Shown: positions 14,481-25,872, counted from the stretch's first letter. The stretch is 32,000 nucleotides of DNA from Nitrosococcus oceani ATCC 19707 (GCF_000012805.1 NC_007484.1:390001-422000); one strand, 5' to 3'. Numbers and translations: made by a program. The notes: generated by a model not told the origin, from the letters alone.

Positions 14481-17400
14481 AGCTACTGCGTTCGATTGGC
14501 GCTTTTATTCTGCTGTTGTTAGTGCTGCTGGTAGGGGGGCTTGCCTATTTGCTCTTGACTGAGGTGGGAACTCGGCAATTATTGGCCCAGGTGGCCCAGG
14601 TGATTCCGGGAGAGTTAGAAACCCAACAGGTTGAGGGGACTTTGGGGGAGGCGCTTACCCTGACCGGATTGCGCTACCGGACTCCGGATTTTACTCTTGA
14701 AGTCGGGTATTTTCACTTTGCCTGGCGGCCGGCAGCCTTGTTGGGGGCAACTTTCTGGGTGGAGCAGCTTCATCTTGGAGAAGTCAGCTGGCGCCAAAAA
14801 CGCCCAGGGGAGTCTACGGCCTCGCAAGAGCCGATAGTGCTTCCCGAAATACAGATCCCTTTAAAAGCTAAGGCAGAAGACGTCCGGCTGCAAAATATTT
14901 CCTTAACTCCCCTTGGATCGTCCCCTGTGGTTATTAATACTATTGTCTTCAAGGGGAATTTCGATGGCCAAGCCTTACAAGTAGGCGAATTGGGGGTTTC
15001 TGCTCCCCAAGGAGAGGTGCAGGTGAGTGGAGAGATGGCTTTCCAGGAGGCTTATCCCATGGCGTTCGCCCTGGCTTGGGGGGCACCGGTTCCCGAGTTG
15101 GGGAAGGTCACTGGCATTGGTAGGGTGAAAGGAGATCTTCGCCAGTTGACTCTACACCAAACCGTTCAAGCTCCCTTCCATCTGCAATTCCGAAGCAGGC
15201 TTTTTGAGCTATTGGAACAGCCTCGCTGGGTTGCGGCGCTGGAGGTTCCCGGGGTCGAATTGCAGCATTTATCTGCCCAGTGGCCAGCAGTACGTTTTGG
15301 GTTAGACCTTAAGGGCGCAGGGAGCTTGGAACAGTTTAAGGTACGAGCCTCCTATCAGATTCAGGAGGCTCAAACAGGCGAAGTGAGGGGCAGTCTCTCG
15401 GTGGAACAGCTTGCCATGGGGCATTGGCTCCTGGACCGGCTGACCTTGCGGCAAGTTGAGGGGCCTGCTCGGTTAGCGCTCCGGGGGGAGGTGATGATGG
15501 CAGAAGACCAGCCTCGTATGAGCCTTGCGGGCCAGTGGCAAGATATGGCTTGGCCCCTGAGAGGGACGGCTCAAGTTTCCAGCAACCGGGGCCAATTGAC
15601 CTTGGAAGGAACGCCAGCCGCCTACCGGTTACAATTGAACAGCGCTCTTGCCGGTCAGGATATTCCCACCAGCGAGTGGCATTTGATGGGTACCGGCGAT
15701 ACCACCCAGTTTGAGTTAGAGAAGTTACGGGGACAATTGTTGGATGGGGTTTTGAGTGGTTCGGGCAATTTCCGCTGGACTCCCGCCTTGGCCTGGGATG
15801 TGCGAGTAGACGGAGAAGCGCTTAATCTGTCGAAGGAATGGCCAGAATGGCCAGGAGTATTGTCCTTTAGCAGTGATACTAACGGTGTTTTAGAGGAGGA
15901 CGCCCAGGATATCACGCTTGATCTCCACGCCCTTTCTGGCTCCCTACGGGGCTATCCAGTAGCGGCCCAGGGAAGAGTTCAACGACAAGATAATACCTGG
16001 CGTATTGCCGATTTAAAGTTACGCTCGGGAGATTCCCGGCTTTCTTTGGGGGGAACGGTCAATGAGCGGCTAGCGCTAAAGTGGCATCTCTCTTCCCCGG
16101 ATCTTTCCCAACTGCTGCCGGAGGCTCAAGGGGATTTGTTAGTAAAGGGGCATGCGAAAGGGCCGCTTACAGGCCCGGAACTTACCTTTCGACTCCAGGG
16201 GAAAGCTCTGGCCTATCAGGATTATCAAGTGGAATCGGTGATGGCTAATGTGGATGTGGACTTACAGGGGAAGCAGTCATCGCAGGTGCGGATCGATGCC
16301 TCGGATTTCACTTTGGCAGACCAGACTCTCCGCTCTGTGGCTATTGAGGGGGGCGGCACGCCATTGCACCATAAACTGAGTCTGGCAGTGAAGGCGCCGG
16401 AGCGTTCCCTGGACCTTGGATTCCAAGGCTCCTGGAAAGAGGAGGTTTGGCAGGGAGAAATTACCAAGACCGAGCTTACGGACTCGCTCATGGGTCACTG
16501 GGAGGCAGTGAGCGCCACTTCCCTTACTCTGAGTCGCAGCAATATTGATCTCGCTCCTTGGTGCTGGCGGCAGCAATCTGCCCAGCTCTGCCTAGGTGGC
16601 AGTTGGCAGGAAGAAAGTTTTTGGCGAGGAAGTTTCAAGCTAGAGGATTTCCCGTTAGCAATGCTAGGGCCGCTTTTACCGGAAAAAACAGCACTGGAAG
16701 GGGTGATTGGGGGCGAGGTGCAGGCACAGGGAGAGGCTCACCAGTTAGTCCAGGCCCGGATGCAGCTTGCGGCTTCCGGGGTTCAATTAACCCAAGTGAC
16801 ACCTGAGGGGCAGTCTCTGCGCTTTCCCTATCAAGACATGCAGGCCAGGCTTAATTTGGAAGATAGGGGAGGGAAAGCAGGTTTTGAGCTACTTTCAGCC
16901 GATCCTGGCACAGCGCCAGTTAGGGCCTCTCTGCGCCTGCCTTCTGCTCCTTTGGATCTAACTGCCTTGGGGCAATTGCCTTTAGATGGCCAGATCTCAA
17001 TGGCTTTTAGGGATCTCGCTTTTTTGGAAACGCTGATACCAGAATTGGAAGCGGTTCAGGGACAATTGCGGGCAGATCTGACCTTGGGAGGACAGGTTGC
17101 CGCACCTCAATTACTGGGAGAAGTTGTGCTTCAAGAAGGAAGCGCCCAGGTCGTTCCCCTGGGGTTAAAGTTGATAAAGATCCGGTTGCGGGCAGAGGCA
17201 AGCGAGCAAGATAGGATCGTTTTCACGGGCGGGGTACACTCGGGGGAGGGAGAGTTAGCTGTCAATGGCCAGGTTCGTCTGGAACCTGAGGCGGGTTGGC
17301 CCGCTAAGGTGACGGTGACCGGAGAACGTTTTGAAGCCATGGGGACCTCGGATATCAGGGTATTGATCTCACCTCAGTTGCAGATCACGAAGGCAGAAGA

Positions 17401-18265
17401 AGCGATTCGCGTGGAAGGGGAAGTTGTAATACCAGAGGCCACTTTAGTGATCAAGGATATTGAGAGCAGAGGGGGGGTGCCAGTTTCCCAAGACGTAGTG
17501 ATCATATCCCAGGAAAAGGAAACTGAAAAAAAGGCTGTGCCCATTTATGCCCGAGTCAGAATTATTTTGGGCGATGATATTTCAGTGCGGGCCTTTGGTT
17601 TTAAAGGGGGAATAACCGGGAGCCTATTAGTGACGGAAACTCCCGGAAAGGCTACACGGGGAAGCGGTGAACTCCAGATCGTTAAGGGTGAATATAAAGC
17701 CTATGGACAGCAGTTAAATATTCGGCAGGGTCAGGTGGTTTTTGCCGGACCTATTGATGATCCCCGGCTGAGCGTAGAAGCAGTACGTGAGGTTGATAAT
17801 GGTAATATAGTCGTTGGAGCGCGCATCCGGGGGGCTGCCAGTGAACCAGTGCTCACTTTATTTTCTGAGCCGTCGATGGATGAGAGCAATATCCTGGCCT
17901 ATTTGATCCTAGGGCGGCCTTTGGCGGGAGCTTCTGGGGGTGACGGCGAATTATTGACTAAAGCTGCGACTTCTCTTGGCTTGTCCGGTGGCACCCTCCT
18001 TGCTAAACGGCTTGGAAAAATCTTTGGTTTGGAAGATGTGGGGATTGAATCCGCTGATAACGGTAATGGGAATGGGGATACCCAAAGTGAGATGTTGATG
18101 CTGGGCAAGCAGCTCTCACCCAGTCTTTACATTGGTTATGGAATCGGGTTATTTGAGCGTTTTAGCTCTTTTCGAATGCGCTATATTTTGAGCAAAAATT
18201 GGAGCGTACAAGCCGAAACGGGCCTTGAAACCGGCGCCGATTTATTTTATAGCCTAGAGCGGTGA
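14477..18265 (+). CDS. tamB: Translocation and assembly module inner-membrane-anchored subunit TamB (DUF490)
   Basis: 1262 aa. It has an N-terminal anchor (IGAFILLLLVLLVGGLAYLLL), a long beta-rich repetitive body, and a DUF490-like C-terminus (GKQLSPSLYIGYGIGLFERFSSFRMRYILSKNWSVQAETG). Confidence 0.85.
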   Translation: MKLLRSIGAFILLLLVLLVGGLAYLLLTEVGTRQLLAQVAQVIPGELETQQVEGTLGEALTLTGLRYRTPDFTLEVGYFHFAWRPAALLGATFWVEQLHLGEVSWRQKRPGESTASQEPIVLPEIQIPLKAKAEDVRLQNISLTPLGSSPVVINTIVFKGNFDGQALQVGELGVSAPQGEVQVSGEMAFQEAYPMAFALAWGAPVPELGKVTGIGRVKGDLRQLTLHQTVQAPFHLQFRSRLFELLEQPRWVAALEVPGVELQHLSAQWPAVRFGLDLKGAGSLEQFKVRASYQIQEAQTGEVRGSLSVEQLAMGHWLLDRLTLRQVEGPARLALRGEVMMAEDQPRMSLAGQWQDMAWPLRGTAQVSSNRGQLTLEGTPAAYRLQLNSALAGQDIPTSEWHLMGTGDTTQFELEKLRGQLLDGVLSGSGNFRWTPALAWDVRVDGEALNLSKEWPEWPGVLSFSSDTNGVLEEDAQDITLDLHALSGSLRGYPVAAQGRVQRQDNTWRIADLKLRSGDSRLSLGGTVNERLALKWHLSSPDLSQLLPEAQGDLLVKGHAKGPLTGPELTFRLQGKALAYQDYQVESVMANVDVDLQGKQSSQVRIDASDFTLADQTLRSVAIEGGGTPLHHKLSLAVKAPERSLDLGFQGSWKEEVWQGEITKTELTDSLMGHWEAVSATSLTLSRSNIDLAPWCWRQQSAQLCLGGSWQEESFWRGSFKLEDFPLAMLGPLLPEKTALEGVIGGEVQAQGEAHQLVQARMQLAASGVQLTQVTPEGQSLRFPYQDMQARLNLEDRGGKAGFELLSADPGTAPVRASLRLPSAPLDLTALGQLPLDGQISMAFRDLAFLETLIPELEAVQGQLRADLTLGGQVAAPQLLGEVVLQEGSAQVVPLGLKLIKIRLRAEASEQDRIVFTGGVHSGEGELAVNGQVRLEPEAGWPAKVTVTGERFEAMGTSDIRVLISPQLQITKAEEAIRVEGEVVIPEATLVIKDIESRGGVPVSQDVVIISQEKETEKKAVPIYARVRIILGDDISVRAFGFKGGITGSLLVTETPGKATRGSGELQIVKGEYKAYGQQLNIRQGQVVFAGPIDDPRLSVEAVREVDNGNIVVGARIRGAASEPVLTLFSEPSMDESNILAYLILGRPLAGASGGDGELLTKAATSLGLSGGTLLAKRLGKIFGLEDVGIESADNGNGNGDTQSEMLMLGKQLSPSLYIGYGIGLFERFSSFRMRYILSKNWSVQAETGLETGADLFYSLER

Positions 18266-18396
18266 GAAGATGAAGGTTATGTAGCTTTGTCCATGAATAA
18301 AAGTTTCGTCATCGTTTCTGCTTGAATTTTTCGGGACAGTATACGTTGGCGCTTAATTAAATTAAAAGCCACCACAGAATAAAGAAGGGGGATCTT

Positions 18397-19341
18397 TTGA
18401 CCAGCAAGCCCCGCGATATTGCAGGAACCATGCCTGCAACCTTTCAGGAACTTATCTTGCGGCTGCAACAATATTGGGCCGAGCAGGGCTGCGTACTTCT
18501 TCAGCCCTATGATATGGAAATGGGGGCAGGAACCTTTCATCCGGCTACTTTTCTGCGTGCTCTCGGGCCGGAGCCTTGGAACGCCGCTTATGTCCAACCT
18601 TCGCGCCGCCCTACAGATGGGCGTTATGGAGATAATCCGAATCGGCTTCAACACTACTACCAATATCAAGTAGTGTTGAAGCCGTCACCCCTGGAAATTC
18701 AAGATCTCTATTTAGGATCGTTGCATATGTTGGGGATATCGCCCCTGGTACATGATATCCGCTTTGTGGAAGACAATTGGGAATCACCGACCCTCGGTGC
18801 TTGGGGGTTGGGTTGGGAAGTGTGGCTGAATGGCATGGAAATCACCCAATTTACTTACTTCCAGCAGGCGGGAGGATTAGAGTGCCGCCCAGTGACGGGT
18901 GAAATTACCTACGGCTTGGAGCGGATTGCCATGTATTTGCAGGGAGTCGGCAGCGTCTTCGATTTGGTTTGGGCGGAGGGCCCACTCGGGCGAGTGACTT
19001 ATGGGGATGTCTTTCATCAGAATGAAGTAGAGATGTCGATCTATAATTTTGAGCAGGCCGATACAGAGAGCTTATTCGCCTGGTTTAACAGCTGCGAGAC
19101 AGAAAGTAAACGCTTGGTTGAAGCCGGCTTGTCTTTACCTGCCTATGAAATGATGTTGAAAGCTTCCCATACTTTTAATCTTTTGGATGCCCGCCATGCC
19201 ATTTCTGTGACTGAGCGCCAACGTTACATTTTGCGAGTCCGGGCGCTAGCGCGGGCGGTGGCTGAGGCTTATTTGGCGCGGCGCCAGGCTTTGGGTTTTC
19301 CCATATTAGCAAGCGTTGGTAAGGAGATGGCCTGTGGCTGA
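18397..19341 (+). CDS. glyQ: Glycine--tRNA ligase alpha subunit
   Basis: Near-identical blocks to E. coli GlyQ as I recall it: [63 protein letters not shown] and [17 protein letters not shown]. The start is either TTG at 18397 (SD gaaggggg upstream) or ATG at 18430. Confidence 0.95.
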   Translation: MTSKPRDIAGTMPATFQELILRLQQYWAEQGCVLLQPYDMEMGAGTFHPATFLRALGPEPWNAAYVQPSRRPTDGRYGDNPNRLQHYYQYQVVLKPSPLEIQDLYLGSLHMLGISPLVHDIRFVEDNWESPTLGAWGLGWEVWLNGMEITQFTYFQQAGGLECRPVTGEITYGLERIAMYLQGVGSVFDLVWAEGPLGRVTYGDVFHQNEVEMSIYNFEQADTESLFAWFNSCETESKRLVEAGLSLPAYEMMLKASHTFNLLDARHAISVTERQRYILRVRALARAVAEAYLARRQALGFPILASVGKEMACG

Positions 19342-21409
19342 GACCCGGGATCTTTTAATCGAAATTGGTACTGAGGAGCTACCTCCTAAGGCCCTGCGCA
19401 AGCTATCCGAGAGTTTGCTCCAAGAACTTAGCCATGGGCTGCAGGCGGCGGGATTAATCTATGGGGATTTAAAAGGCTATGGTGCGCCGCGCCGTTTGGC
19501 GGTATGGGTACAAGCCTTGACCGTTTCTCAACCTGAACAGGTACTGGAGCGCCGGGGGCCAGCATTGGCTGCAGCCTTTAACGAAGAGGGTAAGCCTACC
19601 GCCGCGGCCCGAGGGTTTGCCGGTAGTTGCGGCGTACCGGTAGAGGCACTAGAGAGTTTGAAGAATGAGAAAGGGGCTTGGCTAGTGTACCGGCAACGTC
19701 AGCAGGGGGCGCCCACCCGAGAATTACTGCCAGCTATCCTGGCCCAGGCACTTCAGGCGTTACCCATTCCCAAGCCCATGCGCTGGAGTGATCTCCCAGG
19801 GGAGTTCATACGCCCGGTTCATTGGCTAGTCTTGCTTTTTGGAGAAGAGGTGATCCCGGCGACTCTACTGGGTGTCCAAGCGGGTCGGGAAACTCAGGGA
19901 CATCGTTTTCATCATCCCGAACCGCTCTATCTGACAGAGCCTGCTGCTTATGCAACTCTGCTGGAAACTGAAGGTAAGGTGCTCGCTGATTTTGCTGTTC
20001 GCCGGGAAGCCATCTATACCCAGGTAGTGGCGGCTGCCCAGCAGATGGGCGGAAAAGCCCTGATTGAAGAAGCTTTGCTAGATGAGGTGACGGGCTTGGT
20101 GGAATGGCCCGTGGCCTTGGCTGGCCAGTTTGATGGAGATTTTCTCAAACTGCCGGCAGAGGTGCTCATCGCCACTATGCAAGATCATCAGAAGTATTTT
20201 CCAGTACAGGATGAGCAAGGACATTTGCTGCCCTGCTTTATTACTGTATGTAATATTGAGAGTCAACGTCCGGAGGTTGTGGTAGAGGGCAATGAGCGAG
20301 TCATTCGGCCCCGCCTTACCGATGCAGCCTTTTTCTATGCCACTGATCGCAAGGAATCTCTGGCTAGCCGTTGCGAGAGACTTAAAAAGATCACCTTCCA
20401 AGAGAAATTAGGCAGCGTTTTTGAGAGGACTGAGCGGTTGGCTAAACTTGCTTGGCATATTGCCAAGGATATTGGCGGCAATGGGGATTGGGCCAAGCGT
20501 GCTGGATTGTTGTCCAAGTGTGACCTGGTGACTGAGATGGTCACCGAATTCCCAGAGCTACAAGGGAGTATGGGCCGCTATTATGCCCTCCACGATCATG
20601 AACCTCAAGAAGTTGCCGAAGCGCTTAGAGAGCAATATCTGCCCCGCTTTGCCGGTGATGTGCTGCCACGCACTGCCACTGGCCAGGCGTTAAGTTTGGC
20701 GGATCGCTTAGATACCTTGGTAGGATTATTCGGTATTGGCGCGCCGCCAAGCGGTGATAAAGATCCCTATGGTTTGCGTCGGGCTGCGCTGGGTGTATTG
20801 CGTATTATTATCGAGTCCGGGCTTGCGCTGGATCTGCCTTCTTTACTCAAGAGAGCCTGTGAAACCTATAATGATCGTTTAACCGAGAAAAATACTGCAG
20901 TTCAAGTCCATGCTTACTTACTAGAACGTCTTCGGGGTTATTATTTGGAAGCGGGCTTTCGGCCTGATGAAATCGAAGCAGTTTTAGCTGTAAGGCCGGA
21001 CCAACCTCTGGACTTTGACCGCCGTCTCAAAGCGGTGGCTTCTTTCCGCAAGCTTCCAGAAGCTGAGTCTTTATCGGCGGCCAATAAGCGAATCCGAAAC
21101 ATTCTACGCAAGAGCGGGGAAAAACTTCCAGCACAAATTGAATCTGATCTACTGCAAGACCCCGCGGAGCAGACTCTTGCAACTCAGATGTACAGTTTGG
21201 AACGGGAAATGATGCCTTTATTAGAGAGGCAGGATCACCGTGCTACGCTGACGGCTCTAGCCGGTTTGCGGGGCGCGGTAGATCAATTTTTTGACGAGGT
21301 GATGGTCATGGTGGAAGATCCGAAACTGCGGGCTAACCGTTTAGCTTTACTAGCTCGTTTGCAAACATTATTTCTTCAGGTGGCGGATATTTCCCGCTTG
21401 CAGGCTTGA
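19334..21409 (+). CDS. glyS: Glycine--tRNA ligase beta subunit
   Basis: It has the GlyS N-terminus [13 protein letters not shown] and is about 690 aa long, directly after glyQ. I place the start at GTG 19334. That is 7 nt after a perfect aaggag (19321-19326) and overlaps the end of glyQ by 8 nt. The ORF track uses TTG at 19316. Confidence 0.94.
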   Translation: MAETRDLLIEIGTEELPPKALRKLSESLLQELSHGLQAAGLIYGDLKGYGAPRRLAVWVQALTVSQPEQVLERRGPALAAAFNEEGKPTAAARGFAGSCGVPVEALESLKNEKGAWLVYRQRQQGAPTRELLPAILAQALQALPIPKPMRWSDLPGEFIRPVHWLVLLFGEEVIPATLLGVQAGRETQGHRFHHPEPLYLTEPAAYATLLETEGKVLADFAVRREAIYTQVVAAAQQMGGKALIEEALLDEVTGLVEWPVALAGQFDGDFLKLPAEVLIATMQDHQKYFPVQDEQGHLLPCFITVCNIESQRPEVVVEGNERVIRPRLTDAAFFYATDRKESLASRCERLKKITFQEKLGSVFERTERLAKLAWHIAKDIGGNGDWAKRAGLLSKCDLVTEMVTEFPELQGSMGRYYALHDHEPQEVAEALREQYLPRFAGDVLPRTATGQALSLADRLDTLVGLFGIGAPPSGDKDPYGLRRAALGVLRIIIESGLALDLPSLLKRACETYNDRLTEKNTAVQVHAYLLERLRGYYLEAGFRPDEIEAVLAVRPDQPLDFDRRLKAVASFRKLPEAESLSAANKRIRNILRKSGEKLPAQIESDLLQDPAEQTLATQMYSLEREMMPLLERQDHRATLTALAGLRGAVDQFFDEVMVMVEDPKLRANRLALLARLQTLFLQVADISRLQA

Positions 21410-21468
21410 TTCTAGCTGGAGGTGGAAGGAGGGTAATACTGCTTGAATGAGTCAAGAGGAGAATAGCC

Positions 21469-22008
21469 ATGCGCTTGGTTATTTTGGATCGGGATGGGGT
21501 CATCAATGAGGATTCTGACGAATATATCAAATGCCCGGCCGAGTGGGTACCGATTCCTCGCAGCCTGGAAGCTATCGTTCGACTTAATCAGGCAGGTTAT
21601 CAAATTATCGTTGCCACTAACCAATCGGGGATAGGACGAGGTTTTTTTGATGTTCCCACGCTCAACCGAATTCACAGTAAGATGCACCATCTCTTAGCCC
21701 AAATGGGAGGTGGCATCGAAGCAATTTTATTTTGCCCCCATGTCCCAGGGGAAGATTGCAGTTGCCGTAAGCCCCGCCCAGGCTTGTTCCATGATCTCGC
21801 CCGCCGTTTGCGCATTCAATTAGATGGAGTACCGGTAGTTGGCGATTCTTTACGAGATTTGCAGGCGGCTCAAGCGGTGGGCGCCATCCCCCTGTTAGTG
21901 CGCACGGGAAAAGGCAAGAGGACGGCGGAAAGCTCCGATTTGCCGATGGGGGTAGAAATTTACGATGATCTAGGCTCAGTCGCCGATGCCTTGCTAAAGC
22001 ATGGATAA
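21469..22008 (+). CDS. gmhB: D-glycero-beta-D-manno-heptose 1,7-bisphosphate 7-phosphatase (HAD family)
   Basis: 179 aa. Motifs seen: ILDRDGVIN (the HAD nucleophile motif), ATNQSGIGRG, and CPHVPGEDCSCRKPRPG (the Zn-binding insert typical of GmhB). Confidence 0.88.
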   Translation: MRLVILDRDGVINEDSDEYIKCPAEWVPIPRSLEAIVRLNQAGYQIIVATNQSGIGRGFFDVPTLNRIHSKMHHLLAQMGGGIEAILFCPHVPGEDCSCRKPRPGLFHDLARRLRIQLDGVPVVGDSLRDLQAAQAVGAIPLLVRTGKGKRTAESSDLPMGVEIYDDLGSVADALLKHG

Positions 22009-22813
22009 GCGAGCCCCGAAACCCAGCCGCGCCATGGGCAGCACTTTTTCTCCATCCCTGGAGACTCAGCAGCAATTACTTTGGCGCTCCCTTCTTTTCT
22101 CTTTAGGACAGATTCTCTCTACCTTTATTTTTGGTCTGGTAGGTTTATGCTTGTTTTTTCTACCTTTCCGGTACCGTTACCTCTTCCTGATTCAGTGGGG
22201 CCGTCTCAATTTTTGGTGGCTTAAGAAAACCTGTGGAGTTAGCTTTCGGGTCCGGGGTGCGGAGCATATTCCTCCTGGCCCGGCGGTAGTACTCTGCAAG
22301 CATCAATCAGCCTGGGAAACGATTGCCTTGCAGCAGATTTTCCCGCCCCAGATTTGGGTACTGAAGCGGGAATTGTTATGGCTTCCTTTTTTTGGCTGGG
22401 GTCTCGCTTTATTGGAGCCCATCGCGGTTGATCGTAAGGCGGGGCGTCGTTCTCTTAGGCAAATCATAAAACAAGGCCAACAACGCCTTGCCGCTGGCCG
22501 TTGGGTAGTGGTATTCCCGGAAGGAACCCGGATGCCGCCTGGCACCATGGGCCGTTTTGGCATCGGGGGCGCTGCCTTAGCTCAAGCTACAGGTTATCCT
22601 GTGGTACCAGTAGCCCATAATGCGGGACGCTATTGGCCGCGTGGCGGATTTATCAAATATCCTGGGGTCATCGATGCGGTAATTGGTCCCCCTATCGATA
22701 CCCACGGCAAATCAGCTGCCCAAGTCAATCAAGAAGCCTACGATTGGATAGAAAAAATTATGAAGGAAATTGATCCGCCGGATCTCACTGAATCCTATCA
22801 AGCTCCCCAATAA
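22001..22813 (+). CDS. plsC: 1-acyl-sn-glycerol-3-phosphate acyltransferase family protein (PlsC/LptA-like)
   Basis: 270 aa. It has the acyltransferase motifs KHQSAWET (an HX4D/E variant) and VVFPEGTR, plus an N-terminal membrane segment. It overlaps gmhB by 8 nt. Its position after glyQS-gmhB matches the Pseudomonas gene order. Confidence 0.82.
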   Translation: MDKRAPKPSRAMGSTFSPSLETQQQLLWRSLLFSLGQILSTFIFGLVGLCLFFLPFRYRYLFLIQWGRLNFWWLKKTCGVSFRVRGAEHIPPGPAVVLCKHQSAWETIALQQIFPPQIWVLKRELLWLPFFGWGLALLEPIAVDRKAGRRSLRQIIKQGQQRLAAGRWVVVFPEGTRMPPGTMGRFGIGGAALAQATGYPVVPVAHNAGRYWPRGGFIKYPGVIDAVIGPPIDTHGKSAAQVNQEAYDWIEKIMKEIDPPDLTESYQAPQ

Positions 22814-22857
22814 GGCGTTAAATCTAAATTATACTCACTGAGATCACTGAAAACTCA

Positions 22858-24948
22858 ATGCTAAGTTCCAAAAACATTGTGCGGTTGTTAATTGTGGATG
22901 CCTCCTTTGAGGATGCGGAAATGGTGACCAATCTGTTGCGCAAGATGGGATTTGCGGCGCGAGCCTCTCGGGTGGAGAAAGAAGAAGAATTTCGGGAGGC
23001 AATAGAAGGGCAAAGTTGGGATATTATCGTTTGTGCAGCTATGTTGCCGCAATTCAGTGTAGCACGGGCAGCTCAGATTCTCCTTCAATCGGAAAAGGAT
23101 ATTTCGCTTATTATTGTAGTGGATGAGAAAACGGACTCCGATGATATCGATGAAATGTATGTTGCCGGTGTCCGAGATGTGGTGCTTAAGAGCCGCCCTC
23201 TCCGCCTTCAATCTGTTATTAAGCGCGAACTTCAAGATCTGGAAAACCGCCGGGCGCGCCGCCACAGTGAGATGGTTTTAGGGGAAAGCGAGCGTCAGGT
23301 CCGCGCCTTGCTAGAGAGCTCCCGGGATGCGGTAGGCTATGTGCATGAAGGCATGCATATCTATGCGAACCGGGCTTATCTGGAACTGTTTGGTTATCAT
23401 GAACTTGATGAAATCGAGGGGATGCCCCTGCTGGATATGATAGCCCCCGAGGAGCACAACCGTTTTAAAGCTTTTCTTAAGGAGTATGGTGCTAGCGAGG
23501 GGAAAAGTGCCCATTTTACCTTACGGGCGCACAAAGCAGATGGCCATACTTTTACCGCCGCTTGGGAATTTACTCCCGCGAGTATTGAAGGTGAGTTTTG
23601 CACCCAAATTGTCATTCGGGATAAAACTTATGATCTTGCTGCGGAGGAAAGGATTAAACAGGTTCAGCAACGAGATATATTGACCGGCTTCTTTAGCCGG
23701 CCCCATTACCTGGAATTGATGGAAAAGTGGGTAATTGCGGCCAGGGCAGGAGATAGAGAGAGTAGTTTGCTCTATATCGCTATTGATCAATTCAATCGCG
23801 TCAGGGCGCGGGTTGGAATTGGAGCCAGCGATTTAGTCGTTGTTGATGTGGCTCGAATTCTACAACAATATTGTGATGAAAAAGTGATTCTGGCTCGCTT
23901 TGGAGATGAAGTTTTTACTCTTTTACTTCCTCATGGAAGTGATGAGCAAGAGGACGCTTTGGCTGAACAATTGCGTCAAGCCGTGGATCGGCATTTAGTG
24001 GAGATGGACGAACGTAGCATTAATGTTACTTGCAGCATCGGGATTTGCCGAATAGGAGAGAGTGCGCCGGGGGGTCAGCAAATACTAGAGCGGGCCCATA
24101 AAGCGTGCCTCAAAGCCCAGGAGGCGGGTGGTAATCGGATTGAGCGTTATAGGCCAGTGATCGAGGACCTCACCGATCAGGAAAAAATAAAACAATGGGA
24201 GGTCCAACTCCGGGAGGCTATGAATAATAAGGATGGTTTTTGCCTGTTCTATCAGCCTATAGTTAGCCTCCACGGGGAGACTGAAGAGATTTTTGAAGTT
24301 TTGCTGCGCATGACCGATGACGCAGGTGGCTATATTCTTCCAGAAAAGTTCTTAGAACCAGCCGCTCAGCTTAAATTAATGGGCGAGATCGATCGTTGGG
24401 TGATTGCCAAGGCCATGAGTGTTTTGCACAGCCGGCATCAAGTAGGCCAGCTTATCCGGTTTTTTGTCAAATTGTCTGACCCTTCTATCCATGACAAAAA
24501 CCTCCTGCCTTGGCTTAAAAAGCATTTGCAGGAGAGTGGGCTGGATGCCCGTTCGCTGATTTTCGAAATTAGCGAGAGCTCTGCCCTCAATTATTTAAAG
24601 CGAGTACAACAGCTTGTTGAGGGACTTCGGGTGTTAGGGTGCCAGTTTGCCCTGGAGCATGTTGGTACGGGGCTAGATACGTCCAATTGTTTGAAACATA
24701 TTAATGTGGATTATCTTAAAATTGATGGCGCTTTCATCGAAAACCTTCTCCAAGATGAGCAAAACCAGGAGGCCGTTAAAATTATCATTGAAATGGCTAA
24801 GGAAGCCGGTAAGCCTACCATCGCTGAATTCGTTTCCGATGCCAATACCTTAGCTCTGCTTTGGCAATTTGGCCTGGATTATGCCCAAGGCCGTTATATT
24901 CAGGAACCCAATCAATTTCTGAGCTATGAGTTTTCTGGTGGTATTTAA
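22858..24948 (+). CDS. FimX-like multidomain c-di-GMP protein: degenerate receiver, PAS, degenerate GGDEF, degenerate EAL
   Basis: 696 aa. The REC-like N-terminus lacks the phospho-acceptor Asp (WDIIVCAAMLP). A PAS domain follows (ESERQVRALLESSRDAVGYV...). The GGDEF-domain signature reads RFGDEVF (23899-23916). The EAL domain has EVL (24295-24303) and LEHVGTG where DDFGTG is expected (24655-24660), and AEFVS where EGVE is expected. Confidence 0.8.
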   Translation: MLSSKNIVRLLIVDASFEDAEMVTNLLRKMGFAARASRVEKEEEFREAIEGQSWDIIVCAAMLPQFSVARAAQILLQSEKDISLIIVVDEKTDSDDIDEMYVAGVRDVVLKSRPLRLQSVIKRELQDLENRRARRHSEMVLGESERQVRALLESSRDAVGYVHEGMHIYANRAYLELFGYHELDEIEGMPLLDMIAPEEHNRFKAFLKEYGASEGKSAHFTLRAHKADGHTFTAAWEFTPASIEGEFCTQIVIRDKTYDLAAEERIKQVQQRDILTGFFSRPHYLELMEKWVIAARAGDRESSLLYIAIDQFNRVRARVGIGASDLVVVDVARILQQYCDEKVILARFGDEVFTLLLPHGSDEQEDALAEQLRQAVDRHLVEMDERSINVTCSIGICRIGESAPGGQQILERAHKACLKAQEAGGNRIERYRPVIEDLTDQEKIKQWEVQLREAMNNKDGFCLFYQPIVSLHGETEEIFEVLLRMTDDAGGYILPEKFLEPAAQLKLMGEIDRWVIAKAMSVLHSRHQVGQLIRFFVKLSDPSIHDKNLLPWLKKHLQESGLDARSLIFEISESSALNYLKRVQQLVEGLRVLGCQFALEHVGTGLDTSNCLKHINVDYLKIDGAFIENLLQDEQNQEAVKIIIEMAKEAGKPTIAEFVSDANTLALLWQFGLDYAQGRYIQEPNQFLSYEFSGGI

Positions 24949-24984
24949 TATTAATTTTTCTGGTTCCAAGAGTTAAGTTCTCTA

Positions 24985-25872
24985 TTAGTGTTCAGCCCGA
25001 AGCGCGGCGATCCGCTCTTCAATGGGCGGATGGGACATGAATAGACGCTTCCATCCTTGAGATCTCTCCCCCCCCGCTATTCCGAAAGCCTGAAGTTGCT
25101 CTGGAAGTCCCTCCTGGGCCATCCTGCCTAGTCGCTCTAACGCCGCGATCATTTTTTCCTTGCCGGCCAGCTGGGCCCCCCCCGCATCAGCCCGAAATTC
25201 ACGTTGGCGGCTAAACCACAGGACAATGAGGCTAGCGAGAATGGCAAGCACCGTTTGAGCGATGAGGGTGGTAATGAAAAAAGCGGGGCCATAACCGCGC
25301 TCGGTTTTAAAGACTACCCGATCCACTAAGTGGCCGATAATCCGGGCGAGAAAAATTACGAATGTGTTGACGACGCCCTGAATCAAGGCCAAGGTCACCA
25401 TGTCGCCATTAGCCACATGACTAATTTCATGGCCTAACACCGCCTCTACTTCATTTTGATTCATTTGCTCCAAAAGACCACTGCTTACAGCCACCAGGGC
25501 GGCATTACGATTCCAGCCAGTGGCAAAGGCATTGGGTTCCGGGGACGCGTAAATCGCCACTTCTGGCATGCCTATCCCTGCCATTCGTGCATGGCGTTGA
25601 ACGGTTTCCAGCAGCCAAACCTCGGTGGTGCTGCGGGGGCGTTCAATAACCTGGGCACCAGTAAGGCGCTTGGCGGTAAACTTGGAGATCGCCAGGGAGA
25701 TTAAAGAGCCGCTAAAGCCAATGATTGCGGCGAATATGAGCAGAGCGTTAAGGTTAAGATCGGTCCCTTGCTGATTAAGCAGGCTCTCAATTCCGAGAAG
25801 ACGCATGGAAATGCTAAGTACCAGCAGGACCGCAAGGTTAGTTGCCAAAAAAAGTATCACGCGTTTTATCAT
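24985..25872 (-). CDS. htpX: Membrane zinc metalloprotease HtpX (M48 family)
   Basis: 295 aa with four hydrophobic segments, the [10 protein letters not shown] (HExxH) motif, and a typical HtpX N-terminus ([15 protein letters not shown]). Confidence 0.93.
   Translation of the reverse strand: MIKRVILFLATNLAVLLVLSISMRLLGIESLLNQQGTDLNLNALLIFAAIIGFSGSLISLAISKFTAKRLTGAQVIERPRSTTEVWLLETVQRHARMAGIGMPEVAIYASPEPNAFATGWNRNAALVAVSSGLLEQMNQNEVEAVLGHEISHVANGDMVTLALIQGVVNTFVIFLARIIGHLVDRVVFKTERGYGPAFFITTLIAQTVLAILASLIVLWFSRQREFRADAGGAQLAGKEKMIAALERLGRMAQEGLPEQLQAFGIAGGERSQGWKRLFMSHPPIEERIAALRAEH

Noticed and set aside
19316-19333. TTG 19316 as the glyS start
   Set aside because: The perfect aaggag SD at 19321-19326 lies inside that extension and is correctly spaced for GTG 19334. 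The resulting N-terminus (M)[18 protein letters not shown] matches the usual GlyS start.
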